From Thermoproteota archaeon (GTDB lineage: Archaea; Korarchaeota; Korarchaeia; B14-G2), in contig JAVCBW010000034.1 of NCBI GenBank assembly GCA_037917675.1, positions 70,788 to 134,787 of the forward strand: a stretch of 64,000 nt of DNA, in the 5' to 3' direction. A program made the translations under genes and the position numbers. This document shows, one piece after another, positions 19,038 to 29,092 of the stretch. Every line of letters starts with the position of its first letter. The first letter of the stretch is position 1. The notes below the pieces were generated by a model. It worked only from the letters and a program-made list of their open reading frames with translations. It was not told the DNA's origin and did no database searches.

Positions 19038-20065
19038 GCTTGGCTGCCCTAGTGTCATTTGGGGCAGTTGAGCCACATGGCCCACATCTACCATATGGAA
19101 CTGACACAATGGCTGCACTGTGGCTTTCAGAGCACCTCTCAGCTGAGCTGGAGGCAGCACTGCTCCCAGCTGTCTCATATGGTGTCGTGAGCAGCCTCCT
19201 AGCATACCCCCTAGCTGTGACCATCTCACCAGAGGCTCTCAGGGAGATAGCTCTGTCGATGGCTGAGCTAGCCTTGAGCTCAGGCTACAAGGCCATAGTC
19301 TACGTCAACGGCCATGGAGGGAACACTGACGTCTTACTCCAGCTAGTGAAGGAGCTGAGCAGAGAGAGGCAGGTGTATGCTGCCCTAATAGAGTTGTGGC
19401 ATCTAGCCTCAGATGTAACGAGGCTGGTCTTCGGCTATGAGGGAGGCCATGCTGCTGTAGATGAGGCTGCAGTAGTGCTAGCTAACGCCCCACAGCTAGT
19501 AGCAGAAGTAGATGTAAGCTCACATAAGGTAACCTGGAGGTCTGGAGTCAGAGCATATCCATCACCTGCCCCAGTCATACTATACTCGAGCAGAAGCAGC
19601 CCGAATCCACCGCCTAGAGAGAAGGCTCACATCTACTGGAAGCTAGTCTGCAGGAGAGCTAAGCTTACACTGCAGGAGATCCTAGAGGGGTGGCTAGCTC
19701 TAGGCCTCCAGCACAGGCCGCCAGCAAGGTGGCCTCAGAGGTTCAGCCCTAGCTCTCCACTGCTATCTGAGCTCAGCTTATCAGAGGTATCCAGCATGCG
19801 ATTGAAATCAGCCTCCATACCAGTGCTAGAGTGCTCTACACCAGAGAGCTATGAGAGCGAGCTCAAGCAGGCAGCTGAAGCAGCATCCACAGACATAGTC
19901 CTCCCACCTCTACCAGCATATAAGCCAGCATGGCTACCCAGAGCATTGAGGGAGATAGCTCTCTCCCTCAGGAGGCATGGAGTAGAGGAGATACAGGCTG
20001 TATGTAGTAGAGGCTTGAGGCAGCAGGCATCTAAGGCCAGAGGAGTAGAGGTCATAACACTCTAG
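19034..20065 (+). CDS. Creatininase/amidohydrolase family protein with C-terminal extension
   Basis: GAVEPHGPHLPYGTD, VNGHGGN, GGHAAVDE; overlaps thyX by GTGA. Confidence 0.82.
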   Translation: MSLAALVSFGAVEPHGPHLPYGTDTMAALWLSEHLSAELEAALLPAVSYGVVSSLLAYPLAVTISPEALREIALSMAELALSSGYKAIVYVNGHGGNTDVLLQLVKELSRERQVYAALIELWHLASDVTRLVFGYEGGHAAVDEAAVVLANAPQLVAEVDVSSHKVTWRSGVRAYPSPAPVILYSSRSSPNPPPREKAHIYWKLVCRRAKLTLQEILEGWLALGLQHRPPARWPQRFSPSSPLLSELSLSEVSSMRLKSASIPVLECSTPESYESELKQAAEAASTDIVLPPLPAYKPAWLPRALREIALSLRRHGVEEIQAVCSRGLRQQASKARGVEVITL

Positions 20066-20268
20066 CCAGCTTAGCCATGCTAGCTACTGGAGTCAAGCAG
20101 GCTGCCCACTCAGCTCACGCCAGCTGCCTCCACAATGCTATCACACTAAAGTAAGCCTGTTTGCTAGGCCTCAAGCTCATGCGCCATGCTGAGGCTATGC
20201 AAGCTGACAGGTGGAGCATGCAGTTGTCTGCTAGCTTAAGGCATGTGCTCTAGGATGCTTCACAAGAC

Positions 20269-21369
20269 CTATATCTCTACACCCAAGGCTAGTGAAGCTA
20301 GTCTTCCTATAGTGAATACTGCTGCAGCTGCCCCTAAGCCTACAGCAACCATCTCAGCTATCTTTCCCAGCGGCGAGAGGCCTGCTGAGACTGCTATGAT
20401 GAAGCCTGTTGATGCAAGGGCTAAGCTAGCTAGCATCAGTGAGAGTGGTATTGCTGCTGTCGTCGAGAGCCCTAGGATATAGGGGAATAGAGGTATGAAT
20501 GCTCCTAGGATATAGAAGAGGCCTGTATATGCTGCTGACTCCCCTGGGCTCTCTAGAGCCTCCTCTCTGACCCCATGCTCCTCTTCTGCTAGCACCATCG
20601 CTAAGAGCTCTGGCTTCACTGAGGCTTCTCTCGCAGCTTCCTCTGAAAGCTCTCTGCTATAGCCCTTCTTGAGCATGAGCTCTGCTATTCTCCCTCTGAG
20701 AGCGTGAGGAATGTGGCGTGCTGCAGCCTTAACTCTTCTCAGCGCCTCCTCACGTACTTGCCTCTGCGACTTCACGCTCACATACTCCCCTATAGCCATC
20801 GATAGGCTCCCAGCTACACCTACTATCATGCCGCCCAAAGCCACATGCAAGGGGTTATTGTATGCTCCAGCTAGCCCAGCTGTGACTGAAAGCACTTCTA
20901 CCAGCCCATCGTTCATCCCTAGGACAGCCTCCCTCACATGGGCTAGGAACCTCTTGAGCTTCGACTCCTCTTCCTCAAGTTCCTCCTCATGGACAAGCTC
21001 GTCTTCAAGTATCCTCTCAAGCTTGCTCTTCTCGCTTTCAGAGAGCTCAGGGCTCTCAATGACCTTGGAGTACATCTCTATAGCTCTCTTCTCCCCTGCC
21101 TCAAGGATCTTGAGCATCAGCCCTAGGCCTAGGAGCCTGGAGGCGATAGCATATGCCATTAGCCTCCACCTGGCCTTCAGCTCAGGCCTAATGCCTCTGT
21201 CCTCTAGGAGGCTCCTCCAGAACTCAGCGTGCTTCTCCTCCATCTCAGCCATCCTAGCTAGCTTCTCTCTTAAGCTACCATGATATAGGGTAGCAAGCAT
21301 CCTGTAAGCTGAGGCTGCAAGCATCTCTTCTCCTAGAGCCACCTTAGCGGCCTCAATTACATCAGCCAT
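20269..21369 (-). CDS. Ferritin/rubrerythrin-like domain fused to VIT1/CCC1 iron transporter
   Basis: N-terminal ExxH pairs (EEKH, DELVH), then AVLGMNDGL and AGSLSMAIGEYVSVKSQ VIT1 motifs. Confidence 0.88.
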   Translation of the reverse strand: MADVIEAAKVALGEEMLAASAYRMLATLYHGSLREKLARMAEMEEKHAEFWRSLLEDRGIRPELKARWRLMAYAIASRLLGLGLMLKILEAGEKRAIEMYSKVIESPELSESEKSKLERILEDELVHEEELEEEESKLKRFLAHVREAVLGMNDGLVEVLSVTAGLAGAYNNPLHVALGGMIVGVAGSLSMAIGEYVSVKSQRQVREEALRRVKAAARHIPHALRGRIAELMLKKGYSRELSEEAAREASVKPELLAMVLAEEEHGVREEALESPGESAAYTGLFYILGAFIPLFPYILGLSTTAAIPLSLMLASLALASTGFIIAVSAGLSPLGKIAEMVAVGLGAAAAVFTIGRLASLALGVEI

Positions 21370-21426
21370 CTCAGCCCCCCAGCTTACTAGATGACTCTTT
21401 AAATCATCTGTCTTGAGATCTCTAGG

Positions 21427-22020
21427 GTGGCCTTGGAGTTCAGGAAGATCAGGAAGATCCTCCTAGGGGCTGACTGGAGGTATGCTAGTGAGAGGGAGGA
21501 GGGAGCTTACGTCTATATGCTCATGGAGCTCAAGCCAGAGGATGCTAAGCCAGCTATAGAGGCAGCTAGAGAGAAGGTGAAGAAGACTCTGGGGTCATCT
21601 GTCAAGATCAAGCCTTTGGCTCCAGACAGGCTAGAGGACTTAGTCCACGTGTTCAATAGGTCTATGCTCACTGCCCCAGACCCATACCAGCCTATAGCCA
21701 TCGAGGAGGCTAGGAGGCTCCCTATGGAGAGCACGTTCATAGCATATCTCGGTAGCAAGCCGGTTGGCTTCATAATCTGCACCCTAGAAGGCAAGACTGG
21801 AGTCATAGCTGGGATAGGAGTTGATCCAGCTTACCAGAGGCGTGGCATAGCTACAGCTCTAGCTCTCGCAGCTACAGAGTACCTCGCTAGGAAGGGTGTT
21901 GAGAGGGTTGTATGCGAGGTCTATGAGGGGAACAAGCCTAGCCTGAGCTTCATAAGAGGCTTCGGCTTCAGGGAAGCTGGGAGGCGATATGTCTTGAAGG
22001 CTCCTAGAGCAGGTAGCTAG
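21427..22020 (+). CDS. GNAT N-acetyltransferase
   Basis: IGVDPAYQRRGIA motif A; N.PSLSF..FGF. Confidence 0.85.
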   Translation: MALEFRKIRKILLGADWRYASEREEGAYVYMLMELKPEDAKPAIEAAREKVKKTLGSSVKIKPLAPDRLEDLVHVFNRSMLTAPDPYQPIAIEEARRLPMESTFIAYLGSKPVGFIICTLEGKTGVIAGIGVDPAYQRRGIATALALAATEYLARKGVERVVCEVYEGNKPSLSFIRGFGFREAGRRYVLKAPRAGS

Positions 22021-22054
22021 CCATAACAGTTTTGACTACCATAGCTTTAGGCTC

Positions 22055-23068
22055 ATGGCTGATAGCATGAGGAAGCCTAGGCTCTATATGACTAGGCTTA
22101 TCCCTGAGAGAGGGCTCAGCAAGATAAGAGAGAGGTTTGAGGTAGAGGTGTGGCCTGAGGAAGCTCCTCCACCAAAGGAGGTGATAGTAGAGAAGGTTAA
22201 GGGGAAGGATGCGCTCGTCTCGCTGCTCACAGACAAGATAGATGCTGAGGTCATGGATGCATCCCCAAACCTGAGGATAATAGCTCAGTATGCTGTCGGC
22301 TTCGACAACATAGATGTGGAGGCTGCAACTGAACGCGGCATATATGTGACGAACACACCTGGTGTCTTGACTGAGACAGTAGCTGACTTCACGTTCGCAC
22401 TGCTATTCGCTGCAGCGAGACGTGTAGTTGAGGCAGACAGGTATGTACGGGAAGGCAAGTGGAAGGTAGGCTGGCACCCAATGATGCTGCTAGGCTATGA
22501 CATATATGAGAGGACTCTCGGCATAGTAGGCTTAGGGAGGATAGGGTCAGCTGTAGCTAGGAGGGCTAAAGGCTTCAGGATGAAGGTCATATACTATGAT
22601 GTCGAGAGGAGACCTGAGCTTGAGAGGGAGCTTGGAGTGGAGTATAGGCCCCTAGATGAGCTGCTCAGAGAAGCTGACTTCGTGAGCCTACATGTCCCAC
22701 TCACACCAGAGACTAGGCACATGATAGGTGAAAGGGAGCTAAGGATGATGAAGAAGACAGCTATACTCGTAAACACAGCTAGGGGGCCTGTAGTGGATGA
22801 GAAGGCCCTCTATAGAGCTCTCAAGGATGGCTGGATTGCTGCAGCTGCACTCGATGTCTTCGAGCAGGAGCCTACCCCCATAGACAACCCTCTACTCAAG
22901 CTAAGCAACATAGTAGTAGCTCCACACATAGCTAGTGCGAGCTTCGAGACCAGATCTAGGATGGCTGAGATGGTAGCTGAGAACCTCATAGCATTCCTAG
23001 AGGGGAAGGTGCCTCCAAACCTCGTTAACAAGGAGGTTGTAGAAGTCAGGAAGCCAGGGTTCAGCTGA
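22055..23068 (+). CDS. gyaR: Glyoxylate reductase (D-2-hydroxyacid dehydrogenase)
   Basis: YAVGFDNID, GLGRIG, NTARG, LDVFEQEP, PHIAS. Confidence 0.9.
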   Translation: MADSMRKPRLYMTRLIPERGLSKIRERFEVEVWPEEAPPPKEVIVEKVKGKDALVSLLTDKIDAEVMDASPNLRIIAQYAVGFDNIDVEAATERGIYVTNTPGVLTETVADFTFALLFAAARRVVEADRYVREGKWKVGWHPMMLLGYDIYERTLGIVGLGRIGSAVARRAKGFRMKVIYYDVERRPELERELGVEYRPLDELLREADFVSLHVPLTPETRHMIGERELRMMKKTAILVNTARGPVVDEKALYRALKDGWIAAAALDVFEQEPTPIDNPLLKLSNIVVAPHIASASFETRSRMAEMVAENLIAFLEGKVPPNLVNKEVVEVRKPGFS

Positions 23069-23858
23069 GGAGGCACCTCCTCACAATATTTCTCCTGTCA
23101 ATCATCCCAGCTAGCAGGTCTTCTTCATCTAGCACTGGGAGAGCTGGAGTTCTCTCTTCAACCATGACTTCAGCTGCCTCCCCAAGAGTCTGGCTGAGCT
23201 TGACATAAGGTGGGTTCTGGATCATTATGTCCTCCATCCTGATGAGCCTAAGCCTCTCCTTAAGCTGAGCTGGAAGCTGTGTCTCCTTCCTCAGCTGGAT
23301 CAGGGCCTTGGCTACCTCTCTCTCAGTTACAAGCCCGACAAGCTGCTCGCCTTCTATAACAGCTAGAGCCTTGATGTTCCAGGTGAACATGAGCTTTCTC
23401 ACATGGAGCAGAGTAGAGCTTGACTTAACAGAGGCTATGCTGCCAGCAAGCCCTTCCCTGACAGGGTTCCTGCATCCCACGCAGGCCTTGAGTACATCTG
23501 TGAGTGTCAGTATTCCTATAAGCTGTCCCTTATCCACTACAGCTAGAGAGCTGACGTTCTTCTCAAGCATCTCCCTAGCAGCTCTCTTAAGTGGGGTTTT
23601 CGGAGAGACTGAGGCCAAGCCCTCTGAACACACTGAGATGACTCTTATCTTTGAGAGCACAGCTTGAGCTGTCTTCAGTGAAGCTAGCCTATCGACGAGG
23701 TCTCTGAGCGTGACCATGGCGAAGGGCTCTCCCTCTCTCGTAACCACCACACGGGATATGTTGTGCTTCTCCATGAGCTCGAAGGCCTCAGAGACTGGTG
23801 CGCTCTTATCTATAGTTATGACAGGCTTGCTCATATAGCCTTCTACAGTAGCCTTCAC
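23061..23858 (-). CDS. Four-CBS-domain protein
   Basis: Repeated CBS motifs (MSKPVIT, LIGILTLTD, LVGLVTERE, GMIDRRN). Confidence 0.85.
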   Translation of the reverse strand: MKATVEGYMSKPVITIDKSAPVSEAFELMEKHNISRVVVTREGEPFAMVTLRDLVDRLASLKTAQAVLSKIRVISVCSEGLASVSPKTPLKRAAREMLEKNVSSLAVVDKGQLIGILTLTDVLKACVGCRNPVREGLAGSIASVKSSSTLLHVRKLMFTWNIKALAVIEGEQLVGLVTEREVAKALIQLRKETQLPAQLKERLRLIRMEDIMIQNPPYVKLSQTLGEAAEVMVEERTPALPVLDEEDLLAGMIDRRNIVRRCLLS

Positions 23859-24683
23859 CTAAACACCTCCAAGCATTCTCACTATATCAGTTTTCGTCAC
23901 CATCCCAGCTAGAGCTCCTCTTGAGTCTAGGACTGGAAGCCCACTATATCCTGTTTCCACCATGACTCTAGCTGCCTCAGCTAGCTTCCAGTCTAGGCTT
24001 GCTGTCACAGCATCTCTGTCCATGACCTCACCGACTCTCAGGCTCCCAAGCTCCTCAGAGATCCTCCCAGCATCCGTATCTAATACAGCGACCTTCCTCT
24101 TCCTCTCTAGGAAAACGAGAGTTCTCAGCCCAACCATGCCAGCTAGCTCCTCTCCCTCAGTGACACATAGGCTCTTCACGCCCTTAGAGAGCATGATGTC
24201 AGCTGCCCTGCTCACGCTAGCCATTGGAGAGACTCTCACAGCTTCACTCATAGCTTCTCTCATGCTGTGGCTAGTTGGGTGCTCAGCATAGAATCTAGCT
24301 GCATCAGTCTTCGTAAAGACTCCAGCAGGCCTACCTCCATCTAGGACAAGCAGCCCACTCACCTGCCTCTCAGCCATGAGCCTGCATGCCTCAGAGATGC
24401 TGTCTCCTGGCTCACATGACAGGAGGGGGCCTCTTGTCATAGCTCTTGTCACAACCATGTCTGAGAGAGGCCTCCACTTCCATACAGCTTTCTTCCTCAC
24501 AAGCCTCTTGAGCACGTCAGTCATCGTGACAACACCTATGATCCTGTCTTCCTCGTCGACAACAAAAGCTCTTGAGATGTCTTTCGTAAGGAACAGGTTC
24601 ATCAGGTGCCCTATTGTGTCATTGACCCCAACACAGAAGATCTCCTCTGTCATGTAGTCTCTGATAGCATAGCTTGACGCCAC
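23859..24683 (-). CDS. Four-CBS-domain protein
   Basis: Repeated CBS motifs (IIGVVTMTD, GVFTKTD, GMVTKTD); tandem with the previous gene. Confidence 0.85.
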   Translation of the reverse strand: MASSYAIRDYMTEEIFCVGVNDTIGHLMNLFLTKDISRAFVVDEEDRIIGVVTMTDVLKRLVRKKAVWKWRPLSDMVVTRAMTRGPLLSCEPGDSISEACRLMAERQVSGLLVLDGGRPAGVFTKTDAARFYAEHPTSHSMREAMSEAVRVSPMASVSRAADIMLSKGVKSLCVTEGEELAGMVGLRTLVFLERKRKVAVLDTDAGRISEELGSLRVGEVMDRDAVTASLDWKLAEAARVMVETGYSGLPVLDSRGALAGMVTKTDIVRMLGGV

Positions 24684-24754
24684 CAGGCTATCCCCTACAC
24701 CCTAGAGGCTAGCATTTAAAGGCTATACCCAGCTTTCAATAGGGGTCAGCCTGG
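24683..24754. promoter_or_regulatory. Symmetric bidirectional promoter (central TTTAAA flanked by a 15-bp inverted repeat)
   Basis: TTTAAA at 24715-24720. CCAGGCTATCCCCTA (24683-24697) and TAGGGGTCAGCCTGG (24740-24754) match 13/15 as an inverted repeat. Confidence 0.6.
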
Positions 24755-25494
24755 AGCTCAAGGTAGGGTGCTGCGGCTTCCCTGTATCGAGAAGCAAATA
24801 CTTCAAGCATATGAGGGTAGTTGAGGTGCAGTCCACATTCTACAAGCTCCCCAGGGTAAGCACTGCAGAGAAGTGGAGGAGAGAAGCTCCAGAGGGCTTC
24901 GAGTATACAGCAAAAGCATGGCAGCCCATGACACACCCCCCAACATCTCCTACTTGGAGGAAGGCTAAGCTCAAGCTCCTAGGGAGCCCTGACGCATACG
25001 GCCACCTGAAGCCTACAAGAGAGAACTTAGAGGCATGGGATGAGGCGAGAGAGGTCTATAAGGCTATGGGATGCAGGATAGTGGTCTTCCAGTGTCCACC
25101 GACCTTCAAGATGACAGAGCAGTCCATAAGGGATATGAGAGAGTTCTTCCAGGCTATAGCAGGAGAGCTCAAGCTGGCTTGGGAGCCTAGGCATGAGAGC
25201 TGGCATAGCAGCCCTAGCATAGTAGAGAAGCTATGTACAGACCTAGAGCTCATACATGTCACTGACATCTTGAAGAGGCCTCCTCGAGACCCCTCTCCTG
25301 TCTTATACACGAGGCTCCATGGCCTAGGCCGAGAAATAGACTACAGCTACAAGTACACAGTGCAAGACCTCAGGAAGCTCATATCGCTGGTGGAGGCCTA
25401 CTCGGAATACAAGAGAGAAGCATACATCATGTTCAACAACATCAGGATGTGGGATGATGCTCTCAAGCTCCTAGAGCTCCTGTCATCTAGGTAG
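24751..25494 (+). CDS. DUF72 family protein (probable CTG start at 24751)
   Basis: Conserved KVGCCGF N-terminus lies upstream of ATG 24811; VEVQSTFY, FQCPP, WEPRH, YTRLHG, MFNN. Confidence 0.88.
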   Translation: MELKVGCCGFPVSRSKYFKHMRVVEVQSTFYKLPRVSTAEKWRREAPEGFEYTAKAWQPMTHPPTSPTWRKAKLKLLGSPDAYGHLKPTRENLEAWDEAREVYKAMGCRIVVFQCPPTFKMTEQSIRDMREFFQAIAGELKLAWEPRHESWHSSPSIVEKLCTDLELIHVTDILKRPPRDPSPVLYTRLHGLGREIDYSYKYTVQDLRKLISLVEAYSEYKREAYIMFNNIRMWDDALKLLELLSSR

Positions 25495-25553
25495 CTGCTA
25501 GACAGTGGTCGCCTGTCAACCGAAACCCTTATTAGCCACAAGACCACAGTGTT

Positions 25554-26015
25554 GTGGCGGATTCCTTGAGTGAGTTTGTAGAGACAAAGGTAGCAGGCCT
25601 CATGGCAGTAGAGACTCCAATGGGCCCATCTCCAGTAGTCCTCCTCGAGGACAGCAGGGAGAGGATCCTCCTGATAGTCATAGGCAGAGCAGAGGCGTCA
25701 TCGATAGCCATAGCACTAGAGGGGGGAGAGCAAGAGATACCTCTCTCACATGACCTGTTTGTCGACGCAATGAAGAAGTTCGGGATAACCCTGAGAGAAG
25801 CAAGGATATATGGGATAGAAGGTCAGAGGTTCCTAGCTAAGCTGATCCTAGAATCCAGTTCTGGGACGAGAGAGGTTGAAGCCAGGCCAAGCGACAGCAT
25901 AGCCATAGCTCTCAGAGCTAAAGCCCCGATAACGGTCTCAGAGGACGTAATGGATCAGGCAGCCTTCTCCAAGAGTGAGCTCCTGAGAGAGGCGGGGGCA
26001 GAGGAGACTGAGTAG
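25554..26015 (+). CDS. Bifunctional nuclease family (DUF151) protein
   Basis: IVIGRAEASSI, PLSHDL, EARPSDSIAIALR. Confidence 0.88.
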   Translation: MADSLSEFVETKVAGLMAVETPMGPSPVVLLEDSRERILLIVIGRAEASSIAIALEGGEQEIPLSHDLFVDAMKKFGITLREARIYGIEGQRFLAKLILESSSGTREVEARPSDSIAIALRAKAPITVSEDVMDQAAFSKSELLREAGAEETE

Positions 26016-26078
26016 GTCCCTCCAAAGCCCCCAGGATTTTTCCACAATAGAAATAAGCAAGCTGAGCATAGGCCTCTT

Positions 26079-26420
26079 ATGATAAGCTCATACTCATTTG
26101 GTAGGCTCACTATAGCAGGTAAAGTATACACCAGAGATGTCATAGTCTTCCCTGAGAGGGTTAGGGAAGGCTGGTGGAGGAGAGAAGGACACAGCCTCTG
26201 CCTAGAGGACCTTAAGGAGGTCTTAGACTGGAAGCCTGAAGTCCTAGTCATCGGGACAGGCGCATATGGAGCCATGAAGGTCCCCAAGAGCCTAGTCAGA
26301 TCCATAGAGTCCCTTGGGATAAGGCTGGTAGCCAAGCCTACCAGGGAGGCTATAGAGGAGTTTAACAGGCTGCTGAAGGCTGGAGTGAAGGCTGCTGCAG
26401 CACTACACCTTACCTGCTAG
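26079..26420 (+). CDS. Mth938/DUF498 family protein
   Basis: YSFG, WWRREGH, VIGTG, C-terminal ALHLTC. Confidence 0.9.
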   Translation: MISSYSFGRLTIAGKVYTRDVIVFPERVREGWWRREGHSLCLEDLKEVLDWKPEVLVIGTGAYGAMKVPKSLVRSIESLGIRLVAKPTREAIEEFNRLLKAGVKAAAALHLTC

Positions 26421-26600
26421 CTTCAGCTAGGCGTCATGGGCAGCAGTAGATCTGAGAGCCTCTAGCTACGAGGCTTCCATATATGGCAGCGAGAGCATAG
26501 GCTATCCTAGCGAGGCCACAGCTGATCCTGCCTGAGGCTAGAGTAGCTGCATGCACCTATGCTCAGGCGCTACTGTTTAAGCTGCTAAAGCCTGAGGCTT

Positions 26601-27680
26601 GTGGTGGTGTACTTGGCTGCTGTGCTCTATAGCAGCAGGTTTCTCGAGCACAAGGTCCCCCCACTTCACCCTGAGAGCCCTAGGAGGCTGAACAGAGCTC
26701 TATCAGCTCTGAGAGAAAGCAAGCTGCTAGATGAGGTTGAGGTCATAGAGCCGAGAGAGGCAGCTCTAGAGGAGATCCATCTCATCCATGACCCAAGATA
26801 TGTTGAGCATGTGAGGAGTGTCTGCAGGGCTGGAGGAGGATACCTAGACTCAGATACGCCAGTCTCTGAGGGGAGCTTTGAGGCTGCAGTTTATGCTGCA
26901 GGCGCAGTCCTCAAGGCCTGTGAGATGGCTCTCAGAAGGGAGATATCCTCAGCTTTCGCTTTAGTGAGGCCGCCAGGCCACCACGCTGGCAAGCATGGGA
27001 TAGCTCTGAGAGCTCCATCGAGAGGATTCTGCATTTTCAACAATGTAGCCATAGCAGCTGCAGCTATGCTTAGGCGTAGAGTCAACAGGGTTGCGATACT
27101 AGATGTCGACTGCCACCATGGAAATGGGACTCAAGAGGCCTTCTACTCGAGCAGTAGGGTTCTCTTCATAAGCCTACATCAGCACCCCTATACCCTATAT
27201 CCTGGCACAGGATTCACCTATGAGATAGGTGAGGGAGATGGCTTAGGATACAACATCAACATACCACTTCCTCCAATGACTGGAGATGACCTCTACATGA
27301 AGCTTCTAGACGAGATTGTAGCCCCGATTCTGAGGCAGTTCAAGCCAGAGCTGATCTTGGTCTCAGCTGGCTTCGATACACATAGGTCAGACCCGCTCAC
27401 CAGGATGCTTATCACTGAGAGCACATTCCTCCATATGTTCAGGCTTCTAGCTAGCCTCTCAGGGGAGCTGAAGGCTCCAGTCGTCGCCTCGCTTGAGGGA
27501 GGCTACGGGGAGGGTCTGGAGAGAGGTGTGAAGGCTGCTGTAGCATCTCTAGCTGGCCTACATCTTGAGGCAAAGGAGCCTAGAACAGAGTCTAGCAGAG
27601 CAGTGGCCTCAGCTGCCACATCCATAGTGAAGGAGCTTGAAAGCGTCATAGAGGGGAGGTGGAGCATAGAGTGGAGCTAG
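26601..27680 (+). CDS. Zn-dependent histone deacetylase family protein
   Basis: HPESPRR, RPPGHHA, GFCIFNN, DVDCHHGNGT, SAGFD, LEGGY. Confidence 0.93.
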   Translation: MVVYLAAVLYSSRFLEHKVPPLHPESPRRLNRALSALRESKLLDEVEVIEPREAALEEIHLIHDPRYVEHVRSVCRAGGGYLDSDTPVSEGSFEAAVYAAGAVLKACEMALRREISSAFALVRPPGHHAGKHGIALRAPSRGFCIFNNVAIAAAAMLRRRVNRVAILDVDCHHGNGTQEAFYSSSRVLFISLHQHPYTLYPGTGFTYEIGEGDGLGYNINIPLPPMTGDDLYMKLLDEIVAPILRQFKPELILVSAGFDTHRSDPLTRMLITESTFLHMFRLLASLSGELKAPVVASLEGGYGEGLERGVKAAVASLAGLHLEAKEPRTESSRAVASAATSIVKELESVIEGRWSIEWS

Positions 27681-28390
27681 GCTTCAAGGATGTACTCTAC
27701 CTTGACACCTCTACCCCTTATCTTATCTTCTCCCTCCCTAGAGCAGAACATGGCGAAGACTCCAACTGGTGTAGCCTTCGCCTCCTCAACCAGCTCAAGC
27801 AGAGCAAGCGCTGTAGCTCCAGTCCTCACAACATCATCTACTATCAGGACTCTGCTCCACTTCCTAAGGAAAGGCTTTGGGACATAGAGTGTTGAGATCA
27901 CTGGGCCAGAGAAGCTATGCCTCATAGCCTCATAATGCCCTGCATTATGTATCTCCTTCCTCTCCTTAGCATAGCAGTATCCGCAGCCAAACTCCTCAGC
28001 TACCTTCAGAGCTAGCGGCACGCCATCTACAGCTGCAGTCAGCACTGTCTCAACGCTCTCACCTCCAAACCTCCTAGCAGCCTCATAGGCGACAAGCCTC
28101 AAGATCCAGGGCTTGACTAGCGCATCCTGGGTGACGAGGAACCTCTCCTCTTGCCTCCTACACAAAGCTTCCAGAGTCCTCACAAGCTCGCTTCTAGCAA
28201 ACTTCTCGACAATCCACCTAGCTCTCTCAAGCTTCGGGAGGACGATCCCATTGATATACCTTGAGAGCACAGCAGGCTGAAGCCCAGTCATCTCAGCAAG
28301 CTCTCTAAGCCTCCTGGCCTCCTTCATAGTCCTCAGCACATCTATGGCAAGCAGCCTGACCTTCAGCTCACCTACTGCATCTCTAGGCAT
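27677..28390 (-). CDS. HTH + phosphoribosyltransferase domain protein (archaeal PRT-type regulator)
   Basis: N-terminal LRELAEMTGLQPAVLSRY HTH; PRPP loop VLIVDDVVRTGAT. Confidence 0.82.
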   Translation of the reverse strand: MPRDAVGELKVRLLAIDVLRTMKEARRLRELAEMTGLQPAVLSRYINGIVLPKLERARWIVEKFARSELVRTLEALCRRQEERFLVTQDALVKPWILRLVAYEAARRFGGESVETVLTAAVDGVPLALKVAEEFGCGYCYAKERKEIHNAGHYEAMRHSFSGPVISTLYVPKPFLRKWSRVLIVDDVVRTGATALALLELVEEAKATPVGVFAMFCSREGEDKIRGRGVKVEYILEA

Positions 28391-28519
28391 CCTCAGACCA
28401 GGAGACCAAGCCTTCTAGCAATATAAGCCTTACCTGAAAACTAGCAGCTATAGCATAGCTCACCTCCTCTAGCTCAGGAAGGCTTTTTAGCTGATGGAGC
28501 CAGATGTAGTGGTGCTAGC

Positions 28520-28897
28520 TTGGATGTAGGAGATCTCGTGCTCGTGTTCCACTATGCTGACAGAAGCAAGGAGATGGCCTTAGCTGCAGCCTCAGCTGTG
28601 ACGTTCTACATGGGGCTCAGAGAGCCTGAAAAGGAGGCTAGCAGGCCTCTTCTCAAGCACCTGATGGAGACGCTTACTAAAAGCATCAGCATGGCAAGAG
28701 AGATCTCGAGGAGGAGAGCTAGCTGGGTTGATAGAGACTACGCTGCAGCTCTGATGCAAGTGGAGCAGGCTATAGCCTACATAGACAGAGGGGACCCTGA
28801 CAGAGCTAGAGGGAGCCTAGCTCAAGCGGTATCTAGCTTAACTGGCATAGCTGGCAGAGCGCTCCATGAGCTTGATGGAAGAGGAGTCAGGCTCTAG
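28520..28897 (+). CDS. Hypothetical helical protein
   Basis: Host-like codon usage, T-rich box at about 28484, GGTG SD; no recognised motif. Confidence 0.65.
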   Translation: MDVGDLVLVFHYADRSKEMALAAASAVTFYMGLREPEKEASRPLLKHLMETLTKSISMAREISRRRASWVDRDYAAALMQVEQAIAYIDRGDPDRARGSLAQAVSSLTGIAGRALHELDGRGVRL

Positions 28898-28945
28898 CCT
28901 GCTAGCTGCAGCCAAGCTTATAACCCACTTGAGCTGAGGCTTAGC

Positions 28946-29092
28946 ATGCAAGCTGGGAAGTGCCCTAGGTGCTCTGGCACCAAGCTGGCTAAGCTAGCTG
29001 AGACAAACCTCCAGCTAACGAGATCGAGGGCTGTGAGGGTAGCTGTATACGAGTGTGCTGACTGTAAGCTCATATTCTATGAGGGAGTCTAG
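28946..29092 (+). CDS. Small zinc-ribbon protein, 48 aa (absent from ORF track)
   Basis: MQAGKCPRCSGTKL...YECADCKLIFYEGV*; TTATAA at 28918; stop abuts GTG 29093. Confidence 0.8.
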   Translation: MQAGKCPRCSGTKLAKLAETNLQLTRSRAVRVAVYECADCKLIFYEGV

